NCBI GenBank assembly: GCA_965221775.1
Contig: CBDCSU010000005.1
Location: 1,280,001-1,344,000, forward strand
Source of the DNA: Candidatus Latescibacterota bacterium
GTDB taxonomy: Bacteria; Latescibacterota; UBA2968; UBA8231
DNA length: 64,000 nucleotides
Reading direction: 5' to 3'
Shown: in pieces, positions 17,407 through 26,204 of the stretch
Layout: each line of letters starts with the position of its first letter
Position numbering within the stretch: position 1 is the stretch's first letter
The notes under the pieces: model-generated
Database searches by the model: none
The model's input: only the letters and a program-made list of their open reading frames with translations
Told to the model about the DNA's origin: nothing
Made by a program: the position numbers and the translations under genes

Positions 17407-20400
17407 GTGCTGGCCACGTCCGGCGCATCCCGCCGCCCGACCCAGCTCTTCCCTGTGCCTGATCTGCCTGCCCTCCTGACCTTCGTCGGGTCCGCCCGGG
17501 CCGCGCGCGCAGGCGGGACCCTGCTCCGGCCTGGCGCACTGATCTGGCTCTGCTGCTCCCTCGCCGGCGCCGGGCCCGCCGGCTCCCGGGGTCGGCCGTG
17601 GGCGCTGATCTGCCTCCTGGGCTGGACCTCCCTCGGCGCCGCGCCTGCAGCTTCGGCCGGGATCGACCTCTACCCCCGCGAGCCCCTGCGGGTGCACAAG
17701 ATCCAGCCCGTGGACTGCCGCCTCGTCCGCGGCTTCACCCACGCGCCGGTGGACGGGCGGGTGGACACGCGCTACCCCACCGGCACCGTCGGCGAGTGGC
17801 AGGGGCTGCACGGGACCCCGGCGGTGAACTACCGCCTCTTCAACGGCAACGACGGACTGCACGTGACCCTGGCGGAAGCTGGCTTCGACGCGATCCAGAT
17901 CCGCGGCCTCTGGCGGGGCGGGGTCTACGCCGGCCGCGAGGGACTGCACCCGCCCGACGGACCGCCCCTGTGCGAGGTGAGGCCCCGGGATGGCGCGTTC
18001 CACCGGCGGTTCGAGCCGCGCGTGGAGTCCCGCCGCCTCTCCTTCTTCCAGGAGCCGGGCCAGGACGGGGCGCTGAGGGACCTCACCGTCCTCCGGGTCG
18101 ACCCGGGCGAGATCGGTCTCCCGGCCGCGGACCTGGGAGACCTGGCCGGCGCCGCAGGCCTCGAGCTGGCGCCCGGCACTCCGGCGGAGCTGTCTGCACC
18201 CTGGACCGACCCCGCCCTGGCGATGGCGGCTCTCACCCTCGAGCTGGAGATCCTCCAGGCCGATCCGGGCCTGGTCCTGTCCGTCCGCGTGGGCGACGTC
18301 CTCGACGCCCGCCGCGACGCCATCCGCGTCGTCTTCCGGCTCCACGGTCCGGGCCGCTACGCGGCCAGCCTCGATCTGCCCGACCAGGTCTTCCTGCCGC
18401 GGCGGCACGAGTGGGCGCGGCCCCCGAGGATGGCGGGACCCTTCACCCCCGAGCCGCGGGTCCGGGTGTCGATCGAGTCCGGCTCCCCCTGCCGGCTCGC
18501 GTCGGTGAAGCTGAAGGCGCACCCGGTGCCGCGCGAGGAGGCGCTTCCCGAGGCGGCGGCCTGGCGGAAGTTCCTGCTGCGGGGGCTGTTCTCGGCCATG
18601 AGCGAGCCCCGGCCGTGGATGCATCTGCGGCACGGCCCGCCGGTGCGGGAGCAGATCGCCTCAAGCCCCGCCATCGAGCGCTACCGGACCTCGCTGACCG
18701 AGCTGCTGGAGACGGTGGAGGCCGCCCGGCTGCTGGCGCCGGGGGACTCCCTCATCGCGCAGTACCACGACTGGATCTACCAGAACATGGACCGCCGCAA
18801 ACCCCTGCCTTCGCCGGTCCTGCCCGAGGAGCCGGGCGCGCCCCGCTGGGCGGTGCTGGTCCGGGAGAACTGGAAGGAGCAGGCCCGCATCGCCCGGTGG
18901 TGGCTGGACCACCGGCTGGTGATCAACGGCGAGTTCGGCGGAGGGCCGCAGGACGACACCGATCTGTTCCAGGTCTGGCAGTGCCTGCCCATGATCGAGA
19001 GCGAGCCCCTGGGCGCGCGGCTGCGGGCGGCGGCCGCCAAGCTGGCGGACCTCGTGGTGGAACACCGCCTCGAGGAGGGGATCAACAAGCGCTCCATGGA
19101 CGCCCTCCACGCCTACGAGGAAGGGGTGAACCAGCTCGCCCTGAACGCCTGGTGGAACTACGGCGATCCCCTCCACTTCGAGCGGATCCTGGCGTCGGCG
19201 CGCTCGGCCATGCGGTTGATGGTGGAGACAGAAGACGGGCGCGTGCACTTCGGCGGCGGCCGTCTCGGCATCGAGGAGGCGCGCCGTGGTTTCGCCGAGA
19301 TCGGCGCCAGCCCCGGCGCCTTCGGATGGGCGCCGGCCCGCCTCTTCCTCCATCCCATGCACGTCGTGGCCGACTACAACGGACACCCGGCGGTCCTGGA
19401 GCGCTACGCGGCGTGGGGACGCACCTGGCTCGACTACCAGAAGCCCGGCGCCTTCGTCGAGAAGGTGGACATCCCCACCGGCGAGCCCATCCGGGTGACG
19501 GACCTGCCCTCGTCGGCCAACATCGCGCCCCTCATCGAACTGCTGGGGCTCTATGTGCTGACGGGGGACCCCGAGTGGCACCGGGCCTACCGCATGGGCG
19601 TCGACGGCGGCGGGTTCACCGGCGTCCAGGCCAGGTACGGCCGCACCCCACACGCCCTGGTGCCCTGGGAAGAGCCCTACACAAGCCACCTGCGCGAGAA
19701 GCTCTCGGGTCTGCAGAGCGGCTATGCCGGGTTCTTCGTCAACCAGGACCAGGTTCTGCTGGAGCGCTGGCTCTCCGACTCCCTCACCTGGTACCGCCGC
19801 TACCGCTACATGACCACCGCCGCCGAGCAGAAGACCGACCGCATCCTCACCTACCGGGCCACCACCGCCATCTCCTGCTACCTCGGCGACGCCCCGAACC
19901 GCAACCGCTGGCTGAACCTGACGGCGGTGAGCTACGAGGGCCTGAAGGGAGAGGACTTCGCTGGTCTCGTCTGGGAGGCTGGGCCCCGGTCGCTGCGGGT
20001 GGCCCTCTACAACTTCCGCGAGGAAGAGGTCAGGGGCCGCATGCGCGTCTGGCGCCTCGAGCCGGGCCGCTACCGCGTCGAGGCCGGCCCCGACCTCGAC
20101 GACGACGGGCGCTTCGAGGAGGCGGCCAGCCAGGCAACACGGACCCTGCAACGGTACTCGGCCATTCCCCTCGCCCTGCCGCCGCGGCAGGTGACGGTGG
20201 TCCGCGTCGAGCAGCTGCAGGCCCTGGGCGGCCTCCGCCGGAGGCCGGACCTGGCCCTGTCGCGGGGTGACTCCGGCAGCGTGCGGGTGCACAACATCGG
20301 CAGCGTGGAAGCCGAGGAGATCCGGGTGGAGCTCCGGCGCGGGGATCGTGTGGTTGGGAGCCGGATCATCGACAGGATCGAGGCCCCCCTCGACCTCCAT

Positions 20401-20520
20401 CCCCGCCGGGTGACTGTGAGCTTCGAGGGAGTCCGCGCCGGCGACGTGATCGTCGTCGATCCCGACGACCGCATCCCCGAGATCACCGAGCACAACAACC
20501 GGCTGGTGCTGGCCCGCTGA
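17407..20520 (+). CDS. Large probably secreted protein with C-terminal CARDB-like domain; start uncertain
   Basis: Signal-like ALICLLGWTSLGAAPAASA; VRVHNIGS..VVDPDDRIPEITEHNN CARDB signature. Confidence 0.7.
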   Translation: MLATSGASRRPTQLFPVPDLPALLTFVGSARAARAGGTLLRPGALIWLCCSLAGAGPAGSRGRPWALICLLGWTSLGAAPAASAGIDLYPREPLRVHKIQPVDCRLVRGFTHAPVDGRVDTRYPTGTVGEWQGLHGTPAVNYRLFNGNDGLHVTLAEAGFDAIQIRGLWRGGVYAGREGLHPPDGPPLCEVRPRDGAFHRRFEPRVESRRLSFFQEPGQDGALRDLTVLRVDPGEIGLPAADLGDLAGAAGLELAPGTPAELSAPWTDPALAMAALTLELEILQADPGLVLSVRVGDVLDARRDAIRVVFRLHGPGRYAASLDLPDQVFLPRRHEWARPPRMAGPFTPEPRVRVSIESGSPCRLASVKLKAHPVPREEALPEAAAWRKFLLRGLFSAMSEPRPWMHLRHGPPVREQIASSPAIERYRTSLTELLETVEAARLLAPGDSLIAQYHDWIYQNMDRRKPLPSPVLPEEPGAPRWAVLVRENWKEQARIARWWLDHRLVINGEFGGGPQDDTDLFQVWQCLPMIESEPLGARLRAAAAKLADLVVEHRLEEGINKRSMDALHAYEEGVNQLALNAWWNYGDPLHFERILASARSAMRLMVETEDGRVHFGGGRLGIEEARRGFAEIGASPGAFGWAPARLFLHPMHVVADYNGHPAVLERYAAWGRTWLDYQKPGAFVEKVDIPTGEPIRVTDLPSSANIAPLIELLGLYVLTGDPEWHRAYRMGVDGGGFTGVQARYGRTPHALVPWEEPYTSHLREKLSGLQSGYAGFFVNQDQVLLERWLSDSLTWYRRYRYMTTAAEQKTDRILTYRATTAISCYLGDAPNRNRWLNLTAVSYEGLKGEDFAGLVWEAGPRSLRVALYNFREEEVRGRMRVWRLEPGRYRVEAGPDLDDDGRFEEAASQATRTLQRYSAIPLALPPRQVTVVRVEQLQALGGLRRRPDLALSRGDSGSVRVHNIGSVEAEEIRVELRRGDRVVGSRIIDRIEAPLDLHPRRVTVSFEGVRAGDVIVVDPDDRIPEITEHNNRLVLAR

Positions 20521-20533
20521 CCGATTCGCGCCG

Positions 20534-21634
20534 CTACCCCATCCGCAGGTCCCGATCCGACAGCGGCAAGTCCACCCGCCCATGGCCCTGCCGATGCGAC
20601 TCTCGCAAGCCGATGGCGACTTCCAGCGCCTCCCGCCCGAACTCTCCCGGGCAAGTCCGCTCTTCCCCCTCCTCGATCGCCCGACAGACGCCCTCCATCG
20701 CATCGACCATGGACGAGCGCGGGTGCCACGGGTTGGGGAAGGGCCGCTGGATCGGCTCGCCGGTCTCCGGGTGCGCTGCCCACAGCTCGAACTGCGCGTG
20801 GGCGTTGCGCGAGACGATCCTCCCGCCCTCGCCGATGAACTCCAGGGTCCACGCATGCCCCGAGCGGTCGGCGCGGGAGTTCAGGAAACCGCGCACGCCA
20901 TTGGCGTAGGCGATGTAGCCCGATCCGGACAAGTCCCCGTCGGCCGCGGCCTGATCCTCGTCGTCCATCTCGCCCATCACCCACTCGGCCGGCGCTCCGG
21001 CAAAGAGCCGAAACAAGGCCAGCGTGTGACTTTGCAGATTCGACAGGCTGTGCGGGCTGTGGCAGACCATGGAGCGCAACCGGCCGATCGCTCCGTCCGC
21101 CATGACCTGCCGCGCATTGGTGTACCAGTTGTACCAGTTGAGATGACAGGCGATGGACAGAATGGTGCCCTTGGCCTTGCACGCCGCGATCATGGCATCG
21201 GCTTCGTCCAGGGAGCGGCACATCGGCTTGGTGGCGAAGATCGCCCGCACTCCGGCCTCGGCCAGACCGACGACCACCTCGGCCCGCTCGTCGGGCCGCG
21301 TCGTCACCGCCACTACGTCGGGCTGCTCCTGGGTGACCAACTCGCGGTAGTCCTCGTACAGGGCGCCCACCCCCCAGCGCCGGGCAAAGTCGTCCAGTCT
21401 GGCCCGGTCCACGTCGGCCGCGGCGATCAGCTCAATGCCCCGCGCCTCGATCATGGCCGGGGCGTGGGCCCACGGCCACGGATAGTGCGGCATCCCGATG
21501 TGCTCGTCGTCGATGGTGCTGCCCATCCGTCCGCAGCCGACCACTGCACCGCGATACGTCCCGCGCGGCTGCGTCGCCGCAATCTGCCTGTACGCCTCGC
21601 CCAACGGTTGTGCCATGCCGTGCCTCCTCTGCAT
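20534..21634 (-). CDS. Gfo/Idh/MocA oxidoreductase
   Basis: VVGCGRMG, PDVVAVTT, ATKP variant of EKP. Confidence 0.85.
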   Translation of the reverse strand: MQRRHGMAQPLGEAYRQIAATQPRGTYRGAVVGCGRMGSTIDDEHIGMPHYPWPWAHAPAMIEARGIELIAAADVDRARLDDFARRWGVGALYEDYRELVTQEQPDVVAVTTRPDERAEVVVGLAEAGVRAIFATKPMCRSLDEADAMIAACKAKGTILSIACHLNWYNWYTNARQVMADGAIGRLRSMVCHSPHSLSNLQSHTLALFRLFAGAPAEWVMGEMDDEDQAAADGDLSGSGYIAYANGVRGFLNSRADRSGHAWTLEFIGEGGRIVSRNAHAQFELWAAHPETGEPIQRPFPNPWHPRSSMVDAMEGVCRAIEEGEERTCPGEFGREALEVAIGLRESHRQGHGRVDLPLSDRDLRMG

Positions 21635-21644
21635 AATTTGAGCT

Positions 21645-22454
21645 ATGCGCCTCGCCTTCTACACATACAGCTACACCGACCGGCTCGGAATGCCGCTCGA
21701 GCCGGCACTGACAAAGATCGCCGCCACCGGCTACGACGGCATCGACATTTCGGGCACCCACGGGCCGTCGGCGGACCCGCGCTCGGTGACGCCCGAGTTG
21801 CGCGCGCAGACGCGGGGCACTGCCGAGCGGCTGGGCCTCACCATCGAAGCCGTCATCACCCACGCCAATCTCGCCGACTCGCTCTTCACCGCCGAACCGC
21901 TCGACCTCAAGGGGTCCGTCGATCTGGCCGCGGACGTTGGCGCACCGCTCGTCGTGTTCCACATGGGCGGCCCCAAGGACGATGCCGCCCGGCGAGCCGA
22001 GGCCTGGCGGCGGGTGGTCGCCCATCTCCAGGATGCGCTTGCCTACGCGGAGCCGCGCAGCGTGCGGTTGGCCGTCGATGGCGTCTGGGCCGGTTGGCTC
22101 ACCGACACCCCCGAGCGCTTCCTGGAGATGCACGACGAAGTCGGCAGCGCGTCCTTCGGCGTCAACTTCGATCCGTGCTATCTGACGCTCCTCGGCCTGG
22201 ATCCGGTGGCGGTCGCCCACCAGTGGCAGGCGTGCATCGTTCACGCCCATCTCAAGGACCACATCGGCGCCCATCCGGACTGGGACCACAAGATCCCCGG
22301 TCAGGGGAGTCTCGACTATCCGCGCATCGTGCAGGGGCTCCGGGAGATCGGCTTTGCGGAAGCCCTGGCCATAGAGACGTTCGTCACCATGGACTTCGAC
22401 GAATCCTGCGCGGCCGGCTACGCGGCGTTGGCACCGGCGATGGGCCCGAATTGA
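21645..22454 (+). CDS. Sugar phosphate isomerase/epimerase
   Basis: GYDGIDI, NFDPC, HAHLKD, PGQGSLDY. Confidence 0.85.
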   Translation: MRLAFYTYSYTDRLGMPLEPALTKIAATGYDGIDISGTHGPSADPRSVTPELRAQTRGTAERLGLTIEAVITHANLADSLFTAEPLDLKGSVDLAADVGAPLVVFHMGGPKDDAARRAEAWRRVVAHLQDALAYAEPRSVRLAVDGVWAGWLTDTPERFLEMHDEVGSASFGVNFDPCYLTLLGLDPVAVAHQWQACIVHAHLKDHIGAHPDWDHKIPGQGSLDYPRIVQGLREIGFAEALAIETFVTMDFDESCAAGYAALAPAMGPN

Positions 22455-22503
22455 CGGCCCCGGCCCGTATCCCGCAAGTCTCAACCGAAGGAGCGGCATC
22501 CCC

Positions 22504-23322
22504 TTGACGACTTTCGACTTCCACGGCAAGAAGGCGGTGGCCACCGGCGCCGGCGGTGCCATCGGCGGCGAGATCGCCCGCAGCCTCGCCCGGGCCGGCG
22601 CCGAGGTGGCGATCTGGGACATCTCACCCGAAGCGGCCCGCGCCAAAGCCGACGAGATCAACCAGGATTTTCCCGGCAAGGTCCTCCCCGTCGAGTGCAA
22701 TGTCGTCAACAAGGACAGCGTCGCATCCGCTCTCGCGGAGACCATCGAGCACTTCGGCACCATCGACTTCCTGCTCAACGGGGCTGGCGGCAGCCACAAG
22801 GATACCACCACTTCTCCGGAGCTCGAGTTCTTCGATATTGATCCGGAGGCGGTCAAGATGGTGATGGATCTCAACTATCTGAGCGCCGTCCTGCCCTCGC
22901 AGGCCGTGGGCCGCGTCTTCGCCGACAAAGGCGATGGGGCGGTCGTCAACATCACCTCCATCGGCGGCGGTTTGCCGCTGTCGCGGGCCCTGGCGTATTC
23001 CAATGGCAAGGCGGCCGCCGACAGCTTCACCCGCTGGCTGGCCGTGCACATGGCCACCACCTACGCGCCCAGGATCCGCGTCAATGCCGTGGCCCCGGGC
23101 TTCATGATCACCACGCAGAACCGCTTCCTGCTCCTCGACGAAGCCAGCGGCGAGCTGACCGATCGCGGCCAGACCATACTCGAGAACGTCCCCATGGCCC
23201 GCTTCGGCGACCCCCACGAAGTCGTCGGCGCGGCGCTCTGGCTTTTCTCGGACGCCGCCGCCTTTGTCACCGGTGCCATCGTGCCCATCGACGGCGGCTT
23301 TTCCGCCTTTTGCGGCGTATAG
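22504..23322 (+). CDS. SDR oxidoreductase, mannonate/fructuronate reductase-like
   Basis: TGAGGAIG, LNGAGG, YSNGK (YxxxK), RVNAVAPGF, IDGGFSA. Confidence 0.85.
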   Translation: MTTFDFHGKKAVATGAGGAIGGEIARSLARAGAEVAIWDISPEAARAKADEINQDFPGKVLPVECNVVNKDSVASALAETIEHFGTIDFLLNGAGGSHKDTTTSPELEFFDIDPEAVKMVMDLNYLSAVLPSQAVGRVFADKGDGAVVNITSIGGGLPLSRALAYSNGKAAADSFTRWLAVHMATTYAPRIRVNAVAPGFMITTQNRFLLLDEASGELTDRGQTILENVPMARFGDPHEVVGAALWLFSDAAAFVTGAIVPIDGGFSAFCGV

Positions 23323-23344
23323 CGGATGTAACAGGAGAGAAACC

Positions 23345-24208
23345 ATGGCCAGGAAGAAGCGACCGCAACTCAAGCTCTGTGCTGCGGCATGGACGCTGAC
23401 CAACTACCCGTCAGAGGACAAGCAGTGGTCGATGGACCGCAAAGTCCGCGCCGCCAGGGACGCCGGCTTTGTCGGCTTCAGCGCCGGGGCGGATCCCGAG
23501 ATCGCCGAGGCCTGCGCCAGGCACGGGCTGCAACTCGTCGGCGGAGTCGACATAGCCACGGTAGAAGAAGCCGGGCCGAAGCTGGCCGCCTTCAAGGAGG
23601 CCGGTGCCATTCACATCAACGTCCAACTCTGCGACCACGACACGGCGATTCCCAGGGCGGTGACGGTGGCACGGGCGGTCATGCAGGCGGGTCAGGAGCT
23701 CAAGCTCAAGCCGGCGATCGAGTGGCACCGCGATACCTGTACCGAGACGCCGGAGAAGGGACTGGCCCTGGCCGCGCAGTACGAGAAGCGCTACAAGGAG
23801 CCGCTGCGCACGAATTTCGACCACTCCCATCCGGCGATCATCAAGCAGCTGCGGCCCGAGAGTTTCTGGGAGCGCATTGCCGAGTACCGCCCGGACCTGC
23901 TCAAGATGAGTGAGCTGATTCACTTTCGCACCTTCACCGGCAGCCATTGCCAGACACCGGTCACCAATGGCCGCGGGGTGCTCGACGCGGACTTCATCAC
24001 CTGGCGCGACAACTTCCTCAAGCACCTGCTCTACAACTGGGTCAAGGGCCAGCACGGAGCCACCGAGCTGTGGGCGGTCGTCGAGTTGGGGCCCAGGGGT
24101 TCCGGCTATGCCCTCGCCTGTTTCCCTGACGTGTGGAAGGACGCCATCGTCGCACGCGGCGAGATCGAGAAGGCCTTCAGGGGGGCGCTGAGGAAAGCGA
24201 CGCAGTAG
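23345..24208 (+). CDS. Xylose-isomerase-like TIM barrel protein
   Basis: IEWHRDTCTETPE, FDHSH, ELGP motifs; RBS AGGAGAG. Confidence 0.7.
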   Translation: MARKKRPQLKLCAAAWTLTNYPSEDKQWSMDRKVRAARDAGFVGFSAGADPEIAEACARHGLQLVGGVDIATVEEAGPKLAAFKEAGAIHINVQLCDHDTAIPRAVTVARAVMQAGQELKLKPAIEWHRDTCTETPEKGLALAAQYEKRYKEPLRTNFDHSHPAIIKQLRPESFWERIAEYRPDLLKMSELIHFRTFTGSHCQTPVTNGRGVLDADFITWRDNFLKHLLYNWVKGQHGATELWAVVELGPRGSGYALACFPDVWKDAIVARGEIEKAFRGALRKATQ

Positions 24209-24324
24209 TGCATGGATCGGATTTGGAGCGCATCAACACATGATGGCGCTGCAAGAGGCGGCACCGTCGTGCAGGTCGGCTTGGACATTTCCGGCGAAGA
24301 GAGCCGGGGAAGGAGGGAGAGAGT

Positions 24325-24837
24325 GTGAAGAGGCGACCGATAGAATACTGTTACTGGGTGGAGCCGGGCCAACTCCTGGCCGGAGAGTATCCCATGGTCA
24401 AGGACGACGAGGCGGCGTCCAAGGCCAGACTGGCGGCGCTCACTGAAGCAGGGGTCACGACCTTTATCGACCTGACCGAGGCTGGAGAGCTCTCGCCCTA
24501 TGCCCAGTGGCTGGAGTCGGAGAGCCAGACGCATCACCGTTTCCCAATCGAGGACGTGCGTATTCCGGACACGCCGGAGACGACCGTAGAGATCCTCGAC
24601 ACCATCGACACCCACATCGCCCAGGGCGAGGTTGTGTACCTGCATTGTTGGGGTGGGGTGGGGCGCACGGGGACCATAGTGGGCTGCTGGCTGGCCCGGC
24701 ACGGGGCGCCCGGGGCTGCGGCCTTGGAGCACTTGGCGGAACTCTGGGTCAAGTGTCCCAAGTCCGTTACCAAGCCCCGCTCACCGGAGACTGAGGAACA
24801 GCGCCGATATGTCAGAGAGTGGGCCGAAGAGGGATGA
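24325..24837 (+). CDS. Dual-specificity / protein-tyrosine phosphatase
   Basis: LAGEYP, FIDLT, HCWGGVGRTG (Cx5R), SPETEEQ. Confidence 0.9.
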   Translation: MKRRPIEYCYWVEPGQLLAGEYPMVKDDEAASKARLAALTEAGVTTFIDLTEAGELSPYAQWLESESQTHHRFPIEDVRIPDTPETTVEILDTIDTHIAQGEVVYLHCWGGVGRTGTIVGCWLARHGAPGAAALEHLAELWVKCPKSVTKPRSPETEEQRRYVREWAEEG

Positions 24838-24886
24838 GTGGTTCTGATGAATGGCCCGGCTTTGCCGAAGAGGGAAGGAGACCCAC

Positions 24887-25915
24887 ATGCCCAATGGTCA
24901 TGCCGCATCTGAGACCTGGTTTGAGAAACTGACCGGCTTTGCCGAAGAGTCCCCCGAGCAAGTGCGGGCGAATCTCAGCGTCAATGGGCGAGTCCTGGAA
25001 TCTCGGGTCAACGGCAGGACTCTGACTTTCGGAGAGCTGGAGACGCCGTCCTTGGCCGAGCTACGCCACCGGGTTCAAACGAGCGGCTATGAGACCGGAG
25101 TCCTGACGATCCGCGAAGTCGTTGCAGACGTCCAGGACCTGCACGCGGATGCGGAGAATGTAGGTGCGCTCTTTCAGGTCGCCTCCCAGTTCAATCTGCT
25201 CGAAATGGTCTGCCCGGATGTCACCCCAGAGGACGGGGTCACCCGGTATAGGGAGGACCGCACCCAAGGACCAGCGTGTGCCATTGCGGCGGGAGCAGGC
25301 ACGATCTATCGCAACTACTTTGTCCCCGTGAATGGGCGGGCCGGGCAATCCGCCACCAACCAGATCGATTGCCTGGCCGATATCGGCGTAGCCTTGGGCA
25401 ATACCGAGAACCGTCTGTGGGACATGCGCAATGGGTATGCGTTGCCTTCACAGGAGGGGTTGGTCGAGATCCGACAGCGTCTGAGAGCATCGACTGAAGC
25501 GGAGCTGGATGCGTTGCGCGCCTTGCTTCGCATCGGCCTGCAGTGGGGAACGCAAGTGACACTCGCTGGCTGCACACACTTGGTCTCTCAAGCCTATTGC
25601 TCTGCCTTGCCGATCGCCTATCGTGCGTCGACTCCTGAAAATTGGGCGGAGTTCGCGCGGCTCATTCTGGAGGCGACCTATGAGGCCACGCTCTGCGCGG
25701 CCCTTGTGAATGCGCGCCAAACCGGCAGCAACACGGTATTCCTGACCCTGATCGGAGGCGGAGCGTTTTGCAACGAAGCCGCTTGGATCATGGATAGCCT
25801 CCACCGCGCCTTGGATCTCTACAAGCAGGCTGCTCTTGACGTCGCCATCGTCAGCTATGGGTCGTCAAATCAAGGTATCCAGCATCTTGTGAGCCACACG
25901 GAACATTGCATGTAG
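24887..25915 (+). CDS. Uncharacterised macro/PARG-like protein
   Basis: FQVASQFNLLEM, DRTQGPACA, TLIGGGAFCN (macro-type GxGxF loop); RBS AAGGAG. Confidence 0.6.
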   Translation: MPNGHAASETWFEKLTGFAEESPEQVRANLSVNGRVLESRVNGRTLTFGELETPSLAELRHRVQTSGYETGVLTIREVVADVQDLHADAENVGALFQVASQFNLLEMVCPDVTPEDGVTRYREDRTQGPACAIAAGAGTIYRNYFVPVNGRAGQSATNQIDCLADIGVALGNTENRLWDMRNGYALPSQEGLVEIRQRLRASTEAELDALRALLRIGLQWGTQVTLAGCTHLVSQAYCSALPIAYRASTPENWAEFARLILEATYEATLCAALVNARQTGSNTVFLTLIGGGAFCNEAAWIMDSLHRALDLYKQAALDVAIVSYGSSNQGIQHLVSHTEHCM

Positions 25916-26204
25916 ACATGACGAGCACAGTATCAACGAACCAAGGCGACTGCCAAGGACCCCGCTCTGGTCCGTCGGGCTCCCGCTCTGGTTCGCTTCC
26001 TCGGCTCCGTCCAAGCAGCCCACTGTGGAGGGGCGCACCGCGGCCCAGCTAACGGCGTCCTCCTGAGTCTCGGCGGAGAAGGCCTGCGGTCCTACGAGAT
26101 GCCCGACCGGTGTCCCGGTGGTCATTGCGCCAAGCCCGAGAGAGTAGGAAGAGGCTCATCCGGGCTGAGAGTGGGCTGCCCAAGGGACTGGTGAGGAGAA
26201 GGGC

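Noticed and set aside
17200-17660. Several CTGATCTG-containing hydrophobic stretches before the 1037-aa protein as a signal-peptide cassette array
   Set aside because: Similarity is short and degenerate and the start codon is uncertain, so it cannot be distinguished from chance in GC-rich DNA.
24856-24949. 17-bp direct repeat CCGGCTTTGCCGAAGAG at 24856 and 24933
   Set aside because: Only two copies, one inside coding sequence; no element or target-duplication logic can be supported.
25916-26204. Intergenic gap as an ncRNA or hidden gene
   Set aside because: Only an 11-bp repeat (CCCGCTCTGGT twice); no convincing ORF, tRNA fold or terminator.
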